From Camelus ferus (lineage: Eukaryota), in assembly GCF_009834535.1 (NCBI RefSeq), contig NC_045696.1, forward strand, positions 80,292,001 through 80,356,000: 64,000 nt of DNA. The letters are read 5' to 3'. The notes under the pieces are model-generated. The model worked only from the letters and a program-made list of their open reading frames with translations. It ran no database searches and was not told the origin of the DNA. How positions within the stretch are numbered: position 1 is the stretch's first letter; each line of letters opens with the position of its first letter. The position numbers were made by a program, and so were the translations under genes. Positions 1 through 10,899 of this stretch are shown here, piece by piece.

Positions 1-675
1 GCAAAGGACTTGAATAGACGTTTCTCCAAAGAATATATTCAAACAGCCAATAAGTACATGAAAAAATGCTCAGCATCACTAACCATTAGGGAAATGCAAA
101 TCAAAACCACAATGAAACACCACCTCACACACATTAGGATAACTATTACAAAACAGAAAAACAAACTGCAACAGAAAAAAAGGAGAATAAGTGTTGGCAA
201 GGATGTAGCGAAACTGGAACCCCTGTGCACTGCTGGTAGGAATGTAAAATGGTGCAGCTCCTGTGGAAAACCATACAGCAGTTCCTTAAAAAATTAAAAA
301 TAGAACTATTATATGATCCAGCAATTCCAATTTTGGGTAAATACCTAAAAGAATTGAAAGCGGGGCTCAAACAAATGTTTATACACCAATGTTTGTAGCA
401 GCATGATTCCCAATAGCCAGAAGGTGGAAGTAAACATGTCCATTGATGAATGAACTGATAAGCAAAATGTGGTCAATTATACATACAATGGAATATTATT
501 CAGCTTAAAAAGGAAGGAGATTCTGGCACGTGCTACAACATAGGTGAACCTTGAGGATATTAAACTAAATGAAATAACTCAATCATAAAAGAACAAACAC
601 TGACAAGGGTACCTAAAGTAGTCAAATTCATAGAGAGAGAAAGTAGATGATCATTGCCAGGGCTGGGAAGAGGGC
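1..675 (+). mobile_element. LINE-1 3' portion (ORF2 C-terminus and 3'UTR), degenerate, L1MB-like
   Basis: Translates as [41 protein letters not shown], typical of the L1 ORF2 C-terminal region. It is followed by L1-type 3' sequence with frameshifts and stops. Confidence 0.9.
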
Positions 676-991
676 ATTCTTCTTTTATTAAACCATAATT
701 TTATTTTAATGTTATTCTGTGATGTACCTGTAGACTTATAAAATGCAGCATCATTTATAACAGTAAAAGATTATTAAAGCATACAAGCAAATAAAAAAGA
801 TAAAACATTGGTTGAATGAAACTTAGGTGTATCTCTATGATGCAAACTATGTAACTTTCTCAAGATGGAGTACTACAAAACCATTTAATAAAGGAATATT
901 GATGTTAAGAGAATTCTAGGACACAATGTTATGTTAATAGACCAAGATAGTGGACAGAATATATAGTATCTTATCTTTGTGTAGGCTGCAT

Positions 992-993
<2 letters not shown>

Positions 994-1023
<30 letters not shown>
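994..1023. repeat. (AC)15 microsatellite
   Basis: Seen directly. Confidence 0.95.
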
Positions 1024-1025
<2 letters not shown>

Positions 1026-1069
1026 ACAGAAACACACAGGACAGATAAACCAGAGCTAATTTTTTAATG

Positions 1070-2750
1070 ATGTCAATTGGGAAGTATGAAAAGTGTGTAT
1101 GTAGCATTTTCCTGAATATTCTTTGGTTTATCACTTAAAATTTGACCATACATTGTTTCAAAGTTTTAACTGTCGGATCACATGAATGTTTTGTATATTC
1201 AAAACTAGAATTTAAATTTTTAAATTTAAATTAAATTAAAAATAAAATTTTTATTTTAAATAATTCCTAAAATTAAAAGTGACTGAAACAAATCTAACTG
1301 TTTATCAAATTAGTAACATAATCACACATAAAAAACATTACTTCAATTAATTTTAGAACATGTAATTATATGCACTTAGTAGGGTTTATTCTAAGGACAA
1401 AGAGAACTGCAAGACAGTCTCAAACTTTATTTGTCAAATTTACTATTAGTGGTAATGCTGTTATTAGTTTGAAATTATTTAATGCATACTATAACATAAC
1501 TATGTTTATGTTGTTAGAAACCAGGATGTTCAGTATAAATACAAAATCTAATACAGTAAGTAAATAATTGGAAATTGAACCAAAGTATTTCTATAAACTT
1601 AGGACTACTTAATCTTTTTGTATGGAAATAATTTCAAACAAAGAAAAATTGCAAGAATAGCACAAAGTAAATCATTTTAACCCTTTCCTAGATTCATTTA
1701 TTATTATCACTTTGCTCCATTTTCTTTATCATTGGCTCTATTTATCTGTACACACACAATCATTTTTCTGAAACAGATGCATAAATGATGTTAAGTCTGT
1801 ATTTTAAGAATAAGAATATTTTCTTTAACACAGTTATCAACTCCAGTAAACTTAACTTTGATTCAATACAGCTATCTAATCTATCATCCATATTCTAAGT
1901 TTGTCACTTAAGCCAATACTGTCCTTCATGGAAGTTATTTCCTTCCAGTCTGGGATGAAGAATTACAGTTAGTTGTTATATCTCTTTTGTTTTCTTTAGT
2001 CTGGAATATTTTCACAGTTTTTCTTTATTGTATATATATGATATAATATATATCATATATATGGAGTATTTTCACAGCTTTTCTTTATCATATATATATT
2101 ATATCATATCACATATATACATGATATGTTTTATTTATATATATATATATATAACATTGATATTTGGGAAAAGAATTTTCAAAATAGAATATTCCTCATT
2201 TTGAGTTTGTCTGATGTTTTCCTGTAGTTAGATTGAGGTTGTACATTCCTAGCTGGAATACATGTAAGTGACATTATGCCCCTCCCAGAGTATCACACTG
2301 GTGATGTTAATTCTGATCACTTGCTAAAGGAATGTTTGAGTTATCTACTATATTACCATCATCATCTCATTTACTTTAAATATATATATATATGTCCTAG
2401 CTCTGTCCACAGACAGGCTCTAGTCTATAATGCTACAAGGGCAATAACCACCACTACTGCCCAGATTTAAGTTTCTAAATGCCATTCCCTACTATAAGAT
2501 ACCAGGGATTCTTGGAGAAATGGCTACTTCCAGGTCTAGAGTTGGGAACTTACAAGGTGAACAATAGGTATCTTACTGTGTTACAAAGCAAGGAAATTCT
2601 CAGAATCTAAGCAAGTCATGTCAAAAGACTCTGGAGCCAGCTTGAAGGGGATCTCAGTGGTCAAAGATAGGATAATTTGAGCATCAAAAAGAATAATAGC
2701 CATAACTGATTGGTACACAATGAACATATAAAAATCCAAAATAATACTCC
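1070..2750. mobile_element. Patchwork of old L1MC-like 3'UTR fragments in both orientations
   Basis: AT-rich degenerate sequence. 2390-2750 resembles recalled L1MC3/4 3'UTR (gtcctagctctgtccac...ttcttggagaaatggct...). Subfamily uncertain. Confidence 0.55.
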
Positions 2751-2829
2751 CTACACCAGTCAAAGGACAAGGCATGCTGGACTTATGCTCCAGTGTGGTT
2801 TTGCACCCTTGTCTGAACCATTTAGCATG

Positions 2830-4005
2830 TTCTGCTTCACCTGATGGAACTCAGCTTTCAAGATCTTCCTCAGATGGTGCTTCCTTTTGAGAAGCCTTCC
2901 CTAAAACCTCTATGCAGTTCATTGTTTCTCCATATTCTAACAGACCTCATTGTACATACCTCTTTTTTTTTTTACTTTTTCTTTTTTTTTAATTGCAGTA
3001 TAGTCAGTTTACAGTGTTCTGTTAGTTTCTGGTGTACAGCACAGTGATTTAGTTATACATATAAATTTTTTTCATATTCTTTTTCATTATACGTTATTAC
3101 AAGGTGTTGACTATAGTTTCCTGTGCTATATGGTAGAACCTTGTTGTTTTATCTATTTTATATGTAGTAGTTAGTATCTGCAAATATCAAACTCCCAGTT
3201 TATCCCTCCACATCCCCCCTTTCTCCCTGGTAACTATTCACATATAAGTTATCTTATATGGTATTTTTCTTTCTTTTTCTGGCTTACTTCACCTAGCATT
3301 ACAATCCCCAAGTCCATCCATGTTGCTGAAAATGTGATTATTTAATTTTTTTTATGGCTGAGTAGTATTCAATCGTATGTGTATGTATGTGTGTGTATGT
3401 GTATATGTATGTGTGTGTGCATGTATATATGTGTGTGTGTATATATAATATCGATGGGCGGGTAGATTGCTTCTGTGTCTTGGCTATTGTAGATAATGCT
3501 TCTATGAACATTGGAGTGTATGTATCTTTTTGAATTAAGGTTCCCTCTGGATATATGCCCAGGAGTGTTTTTAGTTTTTTAAGGAATCTCCATACTGTTT
3601 TCCACAGTGGCTGCACCAAAATGCATTCCTACCAGCAGTGTAGGAGGGTTCCCTTTTCTCCACACCCTCTCTAGCATTTATCATTTGTGGACTTTTTAAT
3701 GATGGCCATTCTGGCTGGTGTGAGGTGATACCTCATTGTAGTTTTGATTTGCATTTATCTGATAATTAGTGATATTGAGCATTTTTTTCTTGTGCCTGTT
3801 GGCCATTTGTTATGTACATGCCTCTTTAAGTGCACATATCATACTGTACTGGAATTGCTTGTTTATCTGTATTTTTCTGTCCAGAATGTGAGTTTATAAA
3901 TAGAGGACCTTTCTGAGTTTTATTTATGTTGTTATTCCCAGTGCCTTACACATACTTGCAGTGTATATGTATTTTATTATATTAGGTGTTGTGAATGAAT
4001 GAATC
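2830..4005 (+). mobile_element. L2 3' end, interrupted by a younger L1
   Basis: Contains 'gaagccttccct', 'tattccccagtgcctta' and a terminal (TGAA)n tail at ~3992-4003. Confidence 0.7.
2966..3812 (-). mobile_element. 5'-truncated LINE-1 with TSD
   Basis: Poly(T) at the left end. Minus strand gives [35 protein letters not shown] (2951-2965) / TGTACATGCCTCTTT (3813-3827). Confidence 0.92.
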
Positions 4006-4857
4006 AATTTCAATAGTATCCCGTTTTTTCTTCATCACACAATGCAGATTTGTCGTTATTTTAGAAAATAATTGAATGCTGTTAAATACCTGCAAATTTA
4101 GCCAACATACCAAAATTATCATAATAGATTTTTAGAAGATTTTCCCCATCTATCAGCTATTTCTTTAGCACTCAGTGGACTAGAAATATGCCCCATAATC
4201 TCTTCCTGATTCTTATTCTCAGATAATAGCTTCCCACGGTATTTTTATTTACCCCAGTCTGTTTTCTTCCCCTAGAAATTTGTCTGCACATGTAAATCTA
4301 CTGGTAATGTGGGGTGGGAAATATTGAAGTCAAATAGTTGATTAAAACAAAACCTTATTAGTAACTGGTGACTTGGCTCAGTTGTAATCTTTTTTTTTTT
4401 TTTTAACAGTAGCTGAATAGATTTTTGGTCCTTTGCCTGTAATACAGCAGCAGTAACCTATATAGCATGCTCTCCAGTAAGCTGCCTGTATCAAACTTCC
4501 TCATGCAGTCTGCCACTGTGTATGGAATCTTTCATGCACATGTGCATGCATCCAGCCTTAGGTTTTTGTGGACTTTTAAGCATCAACAATTTAGATGGTG
4601 ATGTAAATCATCTGTCAAAAGGCATGTGCAAACTCACTAAAATGCTTCTGGAAAGCCCTTTCTCATGCACAGTGAATGATCCTCATTTAGGCCACGGGCA
4701 AGTGAGCGTGAATAGGTGCGGTCAGCGCAACTGCTTAGTACAGGTCTGTGTTCAGGAGGAATCTCCTGGCTCCCTCCTGGAGCAGGACTGGGGCGCTGAA
4801 GCTCGAATTGAAAAAGGTGAAGCTCGGGAGAGCTGTGCTGTCCCATAGGAGGAGCCG

Positions 4858-4878
4858 GTCGCTGGCCACGGTGCTGAA
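4858..4878 (-). promoter_or_regulatory. RE1/NRSE (REST-binding) element upstream of GHSR
   Basis: Minus strand TTCAGCACCGTGGCCAGCGAC vs consensus TTCAGCACCnnGGACAGCGCC (2 mismatches outside the spacer). Extra half-sites at 4792-4800 and 4835-4843. Confidence 0.75.
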
Positions 4879-6163
4879 CACGCTCCCGGACTGTCACCAG
4901 GTTGGCCAGTCGGAAGAGGTCGGTGGGTTGGTAAATTCGCTGGTATCTGCCAGTCTTGCGTATTCGGTTGTTGATTCCAGGGCACCGAGCAGGGGACTCA
5001 CACGCCGCGTTCAGGAGAGTCACTTCGCAAGCGTAGGGGCGGCCTCTGACCCAGTCCCAGGAGGCTCAGCTCCTGCCCCTCAGTAGCAACCCCAAAACAG
5101 CAACCTAGCCTTTATTTATTTACTGAGCTCCAGCTCTGTCCCTGACACTTGACATCCATTCCCAGTGGTTCTCGCAATATCCACCAAATTTAAAATAAAG
5201 AAGTTGATGACCTTGCCCAAGTGAACTGTTGTCCAATGGCTGATCTCTCTGAACTATACCTCCAAAAATATTTACTTCGCACCGCGACCTGCTAGCCTTA
5301 CAGCCTCTGTCACTCCCCTTTGCCAGCTCCCCGCCTACCCCCGCCAGCACGCCCTTTGACCCCTCCTCCTACCCCGAGGTTTGCAGCAGGCAAGAGTAAT
5401 CCCCTACGCAGCATATCCCCTACAACCGCCCAGTTGGGGGACTGTACAAAAGGCTGGAATTCAGAACGTTATTTATTTACACATCTTGCTCCTTTGCTCT
5501 CAGAAGTCCACCAGGTGAGATATCCAAGTCTAGTACCTGAGCCCCCGACTCGTTGTGGGACCTTGGACAAGTGGCCCACATCTCTGAGCCTGCTTCTCCT
5601 CGTTAACACGATGATCGGTTCTAGGACTGCCTGAGTCTCTTCCCAGGTGCGCACCAGTCTCCTCTCAGGTCAGGAAACAAACATTAGGATCCTTTTTTTT
5701 TTTTTTTTAAACTCCCTACCTCCCTTTTCCAAGCCCGGTTGTGCTTGGTCGCTTCCCTCCACCAGGTCCATAGCCAATTCTACCCCTTGTTGAGGAAGAA
5801 TTCAGGTCCTGGCAAATAGAACGTGTCCTCCCCATGGTCTCCGCCCTCATCCCCGGGTGTTACCTGCCCTTCTGGGCCACCCTATCCAGACAGCACCAAA
5901 GGCTAAGGAGCGAGCTCCTCGCGCTCCAGCTTCATAGCGCGAGATCTCCGCAGTGCCTGTGCGCCGGGACGCTTTGGGAAGTGCAAGATGAGACTGGAGC
6001 AAGAACTGGAAGGTGAGACAGGGCTGGGGCTGCCCTGGTGACTGGTACCTGTGTGGAGGGCAGCCAGAGTCTGGGCTGGGAAAGGGGGAACTTGAGGGAG
6101 AGGATGCAGGGAAGCAGGAAGTGCCAGAAAGAGCAATGGGTCACTCTATCCATCTCACCACCG

Positions 6164-6166
<3 letters not shown>

Positions 6167-6222
<56 letters not shown>

Positions 6223-6232
6223 TGTGTGTGTG
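6167..6232. repeat. (TG)24 TA (TG)8 microsatellite in the GHSR 5' region
   Basis: Seen directly, 235-300 nt upstream of the GHSR ATG. Confidence 0.97.
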
Positions 6233-6369
6233 TTTTCCCGCTTCCCTTATTCTCTCTTCTCCCCGCCCCAGGCTCTCAGTCTCACCTTCTCAACCGGCTA
6301 CTGCCTCTCACTTCTCTCTTTTTCCTCTCCAAGCATCACTCCTGAGAGCCCTCTCCTGCTCCTCCCTCG

Positions 6370-7300
6370 CATTCTCTCGCGCCTAGAAGACCTTCTCCAG
6401 GACCAGCCGGATCCAGCTTCTCAGCGCAGTAGTATCCAAGAGCCAGTTAAGCAGAGCCGGCGCAGCATGTGGAACGCTACTCCGAGTGAAGAGCCAGGGC
6501 CCAACCTCACGTTACAGGACCTGAGTTGGGACGCTCCCCCTGACAACGACTCGCTGGCAGACGAGTTGCTTCCGCTCTTCCCCACTCCGCTGCTGGCCGG
6601 CGTCACTGCCACCTGCGTGGTGCTCTTCCTGATGGGCATCGCGGGTAACCTGCTCACCATGCTGGTGGTGTCGCGCTTCCGCGAGCTGCGCACCACCACC
6701 AACCTCTACCTGTCCAGCATGGCCTTCTCCGACCTACTCATCTTCCTCTGCATGCCCCTCGACCTTGTGCGCCTCTGGCAGTACCGGCCCTGGAACTTTG
6801 GCGACCTGCTCTGCAAACTCTTCCAGTTCGTCAGCGAGAGCTGCACCTACGCCACGGTGCTCACCATCACCGCACTGAGCGTCGAGCGCTACTTCGCCAT
6901 CTGCTTCCCGCTGCGGGCCAAGGTGGTGATCACTAAGGGCCGGGTGAAGCTGGTCATCCTGGTCATCTGGGCTGTGGCCTTCTGCAGCGCCGGGCCCATC
7001 TTCGTGCTGGTCGGGGTGGAGCATGAGAATGGCACCGACCCTCGGGACACCAACGAGTGCCGCGCCACCGAGTTCGCCGTGCGCTCCGGACTGCTCACAG
7101 TCATGGTGTGGGTGTCCAGTGTCTTCTTCTTCCTGCCGGTCTTCTGCCTCACCGTGCTCTACAGCCTCATCGGCAGGAAGCTGTGGCGGAGGAGGCGCGG
7201 TGAGGCGGCGGTGGGCGCCTCGCTCAGGGACCAGAACCACAAGCAAACCGTAAAAATGCTGGGTGGGTCTCAGTGCGCATTCGAGCTCTCTCGCGGGTCC
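6370..7300. promoter_or_regulatory. CpG island over GHSR exon 1
   Basis: High GC and dense CpG compared with the AT-rich flanks, judged by eye. Confidence 0.8.
6467..7262 (+). CDS. GHSR: Growth hormone secretagogue (ghrelin) receptor, coding exon 1 (aa 1-265, TM1-5)
   Basis: MWNATPSEEPG...TTTNLYLSSMAFSDLL...SESCTY...SVERY...NHKQTVKML. Class A GPCR motifs present. 796 nt, then phase-1 donor G|GTGGGT at 7263. Confidence 0.99.
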
Positions 7301-7411
7301 CCTCCCCTCCCTATGGCTTTCTACTTCTCCCCTAGTCTACCTCTCTCCTCAGTTTCTCTAGGTCTCTGGCTCCCTGTAAGTCTCAATTATCCTCTCCTGT
7401 TTCTGTCTTGA
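6467..7411 (+). CDS. GHSR: GHSR1b-type intron-read-through isoform, predicted 314 aa
   Basis: The frame continues past the donor as GGSQCAFELS..., the known 1b-type start, to TGA at 7409-7411. Candidate PAS ATTAAA at 7684-7689. Expression cannot be shown from DNA. Confidence 0.6.
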   Translation: MWNATPSEEPGPNLTLQDLSWDAPPDNDSLADELLPLFPTPLLAGVTATCVVLFLMGIAGNLLTMLVVSRFRELRTTTNLYLSSMAFSDLLIFLCMPLDLVRLWQYRPWNFGDLLCKLFQFVSESCTYATVLTITALSVERYFAICFPLRAKVVITKGRVKLVILVIWAVAFCSAGPIFVLVGVEHENGTDPRDTNECRATEFAVRSGLLTVMVWVSSVFFFLPVFCLTVLYSLIGRKLWRRRRGEAAVGASLRDQNHKQTVKMLGGSQCAFELSRGSPPLPMAFYFSPSLPLSSVSLGLWLPVSLNYPLLFLS

Positions 7412-7600
7412 GCTCTTTCTTTGGTGTCTAGTTTCTCTGTTCTCTCTCTCTGTTTTGTATGTTACTTTTTTGCTCTCTCTGTCTCTCTCCCTCTCTTTTT
7501 CTCTCCTATCCTCTCTCCTCTCTTTGGTCACTGTCTTAACCCTCTCTTTGGTCTCTATTTCTTTGTGCCTCTTTCTTCTGGTCTTTGCTTTCTCTCGTTC
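7285..7600. repeat. CT-rich low-complexity tract at the start of the GHSR intron
   Basis: Strongly pyrimidine-biased, with many short (CT)n runs. Confidence 0.85.
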
Positions 7601-8934
7601 ATGGAAAGATGTCATATCTTTGTATTTCTCTAAAATGTGTTTTAAATCAGCCCAGAAACTTTCCTTCAAAACTGAGATCTTTCATTAAAAAGTCTGTCAT
7701 GGTCTTTTAAGTGTTAACGGTGAGGTTAAGCTTCCGGCCTCAATTAACTTATGAATACCTAAATTGCATTAAGAAAAGCACAGGTTGGGGGCAGGGCAGA
7801 TAGTGTAGAGGGGTGGAGCAGAAATTGGATCTAGAAAATATTAAGTGGTAAATTTAACCAAAGACATGATCATTGTGGATAATTGTCAGAGAAGATTCAT
7901 TTTTCTTTCAACATTGTCACTTGCTTTCTGACTTGCATTTTTTTTTCAGATACTTGCATCAATTCTGTTTACCTGGGTGCTGTTTATACAGCTTTTTAAG
8001 GAAGTCAGTGACAAATCAGGGCTGTAATCTCTATTTTCATGATTACCCATCTCTCCAGGTAGGATAGGATAGAATAAGCTAGGATGGGTAGGCTTCCAAC
8101 ATGAGAAAAAGAGCCTTTGTGAAAGCTGACCAGACTTACTGTCCCTCCACAAACGGTCCTTCAGAGAACATCTGGGCGCAGTGTCACAACTGGAGTGTGT
8201 GCTAAATATTTAAATAGTGCATAAAGTCAGCTTCTTTAAGTGTATGTGTTTGGTACAAGTAAAGTAATACAAAATATGTTCACATCCAAGCAAAATATCA
8301 ATTCTACCTGCCTTTCAAAACCAGAATCTGCACATTTTATTATTTGGACATTATACTCAACATTTTGTGCTTATTTACAGATTTAGTACTTCTTAGAATT
8401 CATTCCAGGATGATGTTGTTTGTAATTTTACAGTTCCTGGAACCCTGTATATTAAAGTAAGAGTTTATTCAAAGAATGTCAAAAAATGTTTTTTCTAGAC
8501 CAATGAGTCTCACAAGATGACTAACAGATCATAAACCTTCGAGTGCCCCCCAGGGGACTTTAATATTCATGTTACTGCTGTGGCAGTCAGCTGCTACTAT
8601 GCAGCTTAGTTTTGAGAATAAGTTTAATAATTTCCTCTAATTTTATTTTTAAGCTGTTAATTTTATCCTCACTGGTGTTGTCTTCACACCAATGTTAATT
8701 TTCTTCTGCTTTGACAATTGGAAGGGAATCACAGAAGTCGTTCAAGGGCTAAAATATTATTTCCTGTTATTTTTCCTCTGATTTCTGAATTTTTTAAACT
8801 TAATTTAAAAATTCAGAGGTCTTGAAAAAAATTGCCTTACATGGGCAAAATGAAGACTTGGTTGGGTGATTATTAAGGTTAGTTGGTTTATGGTGCTTTA
8901 TACCTTACTTATATTTATTGTAGGTGGCAAATAC

Positions 8935-9130
8935 ATCCCAGTGGCTCTCATCCATCCCAGTGGCTCTCAATTCTGACTGCATGTTCAGTCCTCTGTGAAA
9001 CTTTAAAGAGAAAAAAAGAAAAGAAAAAAAACAGATGTCCTCTTCTCCTTCCTAGAGATTTTAATTTAGTGAGTCTCTATTACATCCAAGGATTCTGTGC
9101 CCCAGGAGACTCTGATAGAGAACTGTGGTT
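8935..9130. mobile_element. MER5-like hAT DNA transposon relic in the GHSR intron
   Basis: cagtggctctcaa...ccccaggagactctgat...agaactgtgg resembles recalled MER5 ends. Confidence 0.55.
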
Positions 9131-9484
9131 GAGTGTAACCACTTTATCTCATGTATATTTGGTTTTATCTGACATGTATAAAATGGTGAGCTATTGTGAA
9201 TAGACTGTCTAGTCACTTGAGTCAGGATGTCAACTCAAGCACAAAGTCACTCAAATGGTGGTTAAATAGAAATGACTTGGTAGCTCAGTAAAAATGGTTG
9301 AACTGTTGGGTCAGACACTCAATCTTAGTTAAAATGTAGGAATGGGGACGAGTAGAACATGATTATTTCTCTGAAGTCAATGGTCATGCCACACATGATC
9401 AAAACAAAACCACGTCTTCAGAGTAGAACATGATTTGCTGTGACGTTTCTTGAACTGATGTTCTCCTTCCCATTGTCCTTTCAG

Positions 9485-9789
9485 CTGTAGTGGTGTTCGC
9501 TTTCATCCTCTGCTGGCTGCCCTTCCACGTAGGGCGATATTTATTTTCCAAATCCTTCGAGCCTGGCTCCTTGGAGATTGCTCAGATCAGCCAGTACTGC
9601 AACCTCGTGTCCTTTGTCCTCTTCTACCTCAGCGCTGCCATCAACCCCATCCTGTACAACATCATGTCCAAGAAGTACCGGGTGGCGGTGTTCAGACTTC
9701 TGGGGTTTGAACCCTTCTCCCAGAGGAAGCTCTCCACTCTGAAGGATGAAAGTTCTCGGGCCTGGACAGAATCTAGTATTAATACATGA
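9485..9789 (+). CDS. GHSR: GHSR coding exon 2 (TM6-7 and C-tail); spliced product GHSR1a, 366 aa
   Basis: Pyrimidine tract and tttcag| acceptor. Reads (A)VVVFAFILCWLPFHVGRY...INPILYN...WTESSINT*. 796+305 = 1101 nt. Confidence 0.99.
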
Positions 9790-10439
9790 CCAACCACATT
9801 GCTGAGCAAAGTCATCGCTTATTATTCTAAGCCAGAAGCCATAGCACAGCAGAACTTGGGAGGAAGGTGAAGGTTAATTTTGGAATTAGGGACACATAGT
9901 CTGGAAACAATTGGAGGAAAGAAAGGATAGAATTTGTAGCGTGTGAGCAGTTTGATTTGATTGCACACTCATCAGTGCTCTCATACACGATTTCTGCATA
10001 TTCACTGCCTATGAGTTTTGCATTCTGCTGTTGGTGCTAGCAAGAGCTCTGCAATTCAGAGAAAAGAGGAGGTGTAGAGAGGGCAATTAAATCACTTCTG
10101 ACTGGATAATTTCTAACCCCGATTTCTTTTTCATGAGGATTTTAAAAAGTTTGATTAAAAGAATGACATTAAAGTAAAAAATTTAAAACCTGACTTTTAA
10201 AAACTAACCATTTTCACAGAGCTCCAGCTCAGCACCATCTAAGAGAAGTGTAACACAAGGTATGTAAGTGATCAATGTAAAAATTATTAATGAGAATTTT
10301 ACTTTTTTTTAAAATCTGGTTTGTTTAGATTTTCAGCTCACATTCACTTGGACATTGAGTGTTCATTGCTGATAATTGATGGATTGAAATATAAAATTTG
10401 CAGAAGAAAAAGTAGATTCATAAACCTAAGTCATCCAAA

Positions 10440-10595
10440 CACACTTAAAAGTTTTCTAATAACTAAAACAACCAGTAAGTTCTTAACTCTAAAATGAATT
10501 AAAATTAAAAATTCAGTTCTTCAAGTTGCACTAGTCAATTTCAAGTATTTAATAGCCAAATGTGGCTAGTGATTACCATAGTGGGCAATGCTCTA
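10440..10595. mobile_element. MER3/MER33-like DNA transposon fragment
   Basis: aaaattcagttcttcaagttgcactagtcaatttcaagtatttaatagccaaatgtggctagtg matches the recalled MER3-type core. Confidence 0.7.
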
Positions 10596-10899
10596 GAATG
10601 TATGTAAAATTATTGTTAATCTTATAAAAATGTTTAAAAATAAATATTCATTCTCTGAAATGTTTTTATAGTGAAATTAGCATAGCAGAGTGTTAGAATG
10701 ATAAATTGTAAAGATTACACCTAAATGCCCTATAATCTATGCTTGGAAGAAAATGGATATAAAATATAATATGCATTTTTTAATTAGGTTGGATTACACA
10801 TTAATATTCAGGAAATGAGACTTAATTAAAAAAAGAAAATCACAAATTAGCTTATATGGCTTAAAAATACTTAAGTCAATCATAAGTTTTTGATTTGTG

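Noticed and set aside
4522..5086. Overlapping 77-128 aa ORFs upstream of GHSR; weak resemblance of SINNLDGDVNHLSK to CR1/L3 RT
   Set aside because: No coherent domain or splice structure. GC-rich regulatory DNA explains the open frames, and the CR1 likeness is too weak to call.
6421..7253. Antisense and alternate-frame ORFs over GHSR exon 1 (93, 170, 87 and 76 aa)
   Set aside because: Expected shadows of a GC-rich coding exon, with no recognisable protein features.
6038..7411. 457-aa ORF taken as the true GHSR protein
   Set aside because: It starts at a GTG, crosses the microsatellite and runs into the intron. The canonical start is 6467 and the main product is spliced.
7700..9400. Antisense lncRNA in the GHSR intron (reported in human, as I recall)
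   Set aside because: Nothing in the sequence alone defines such a transcript here.
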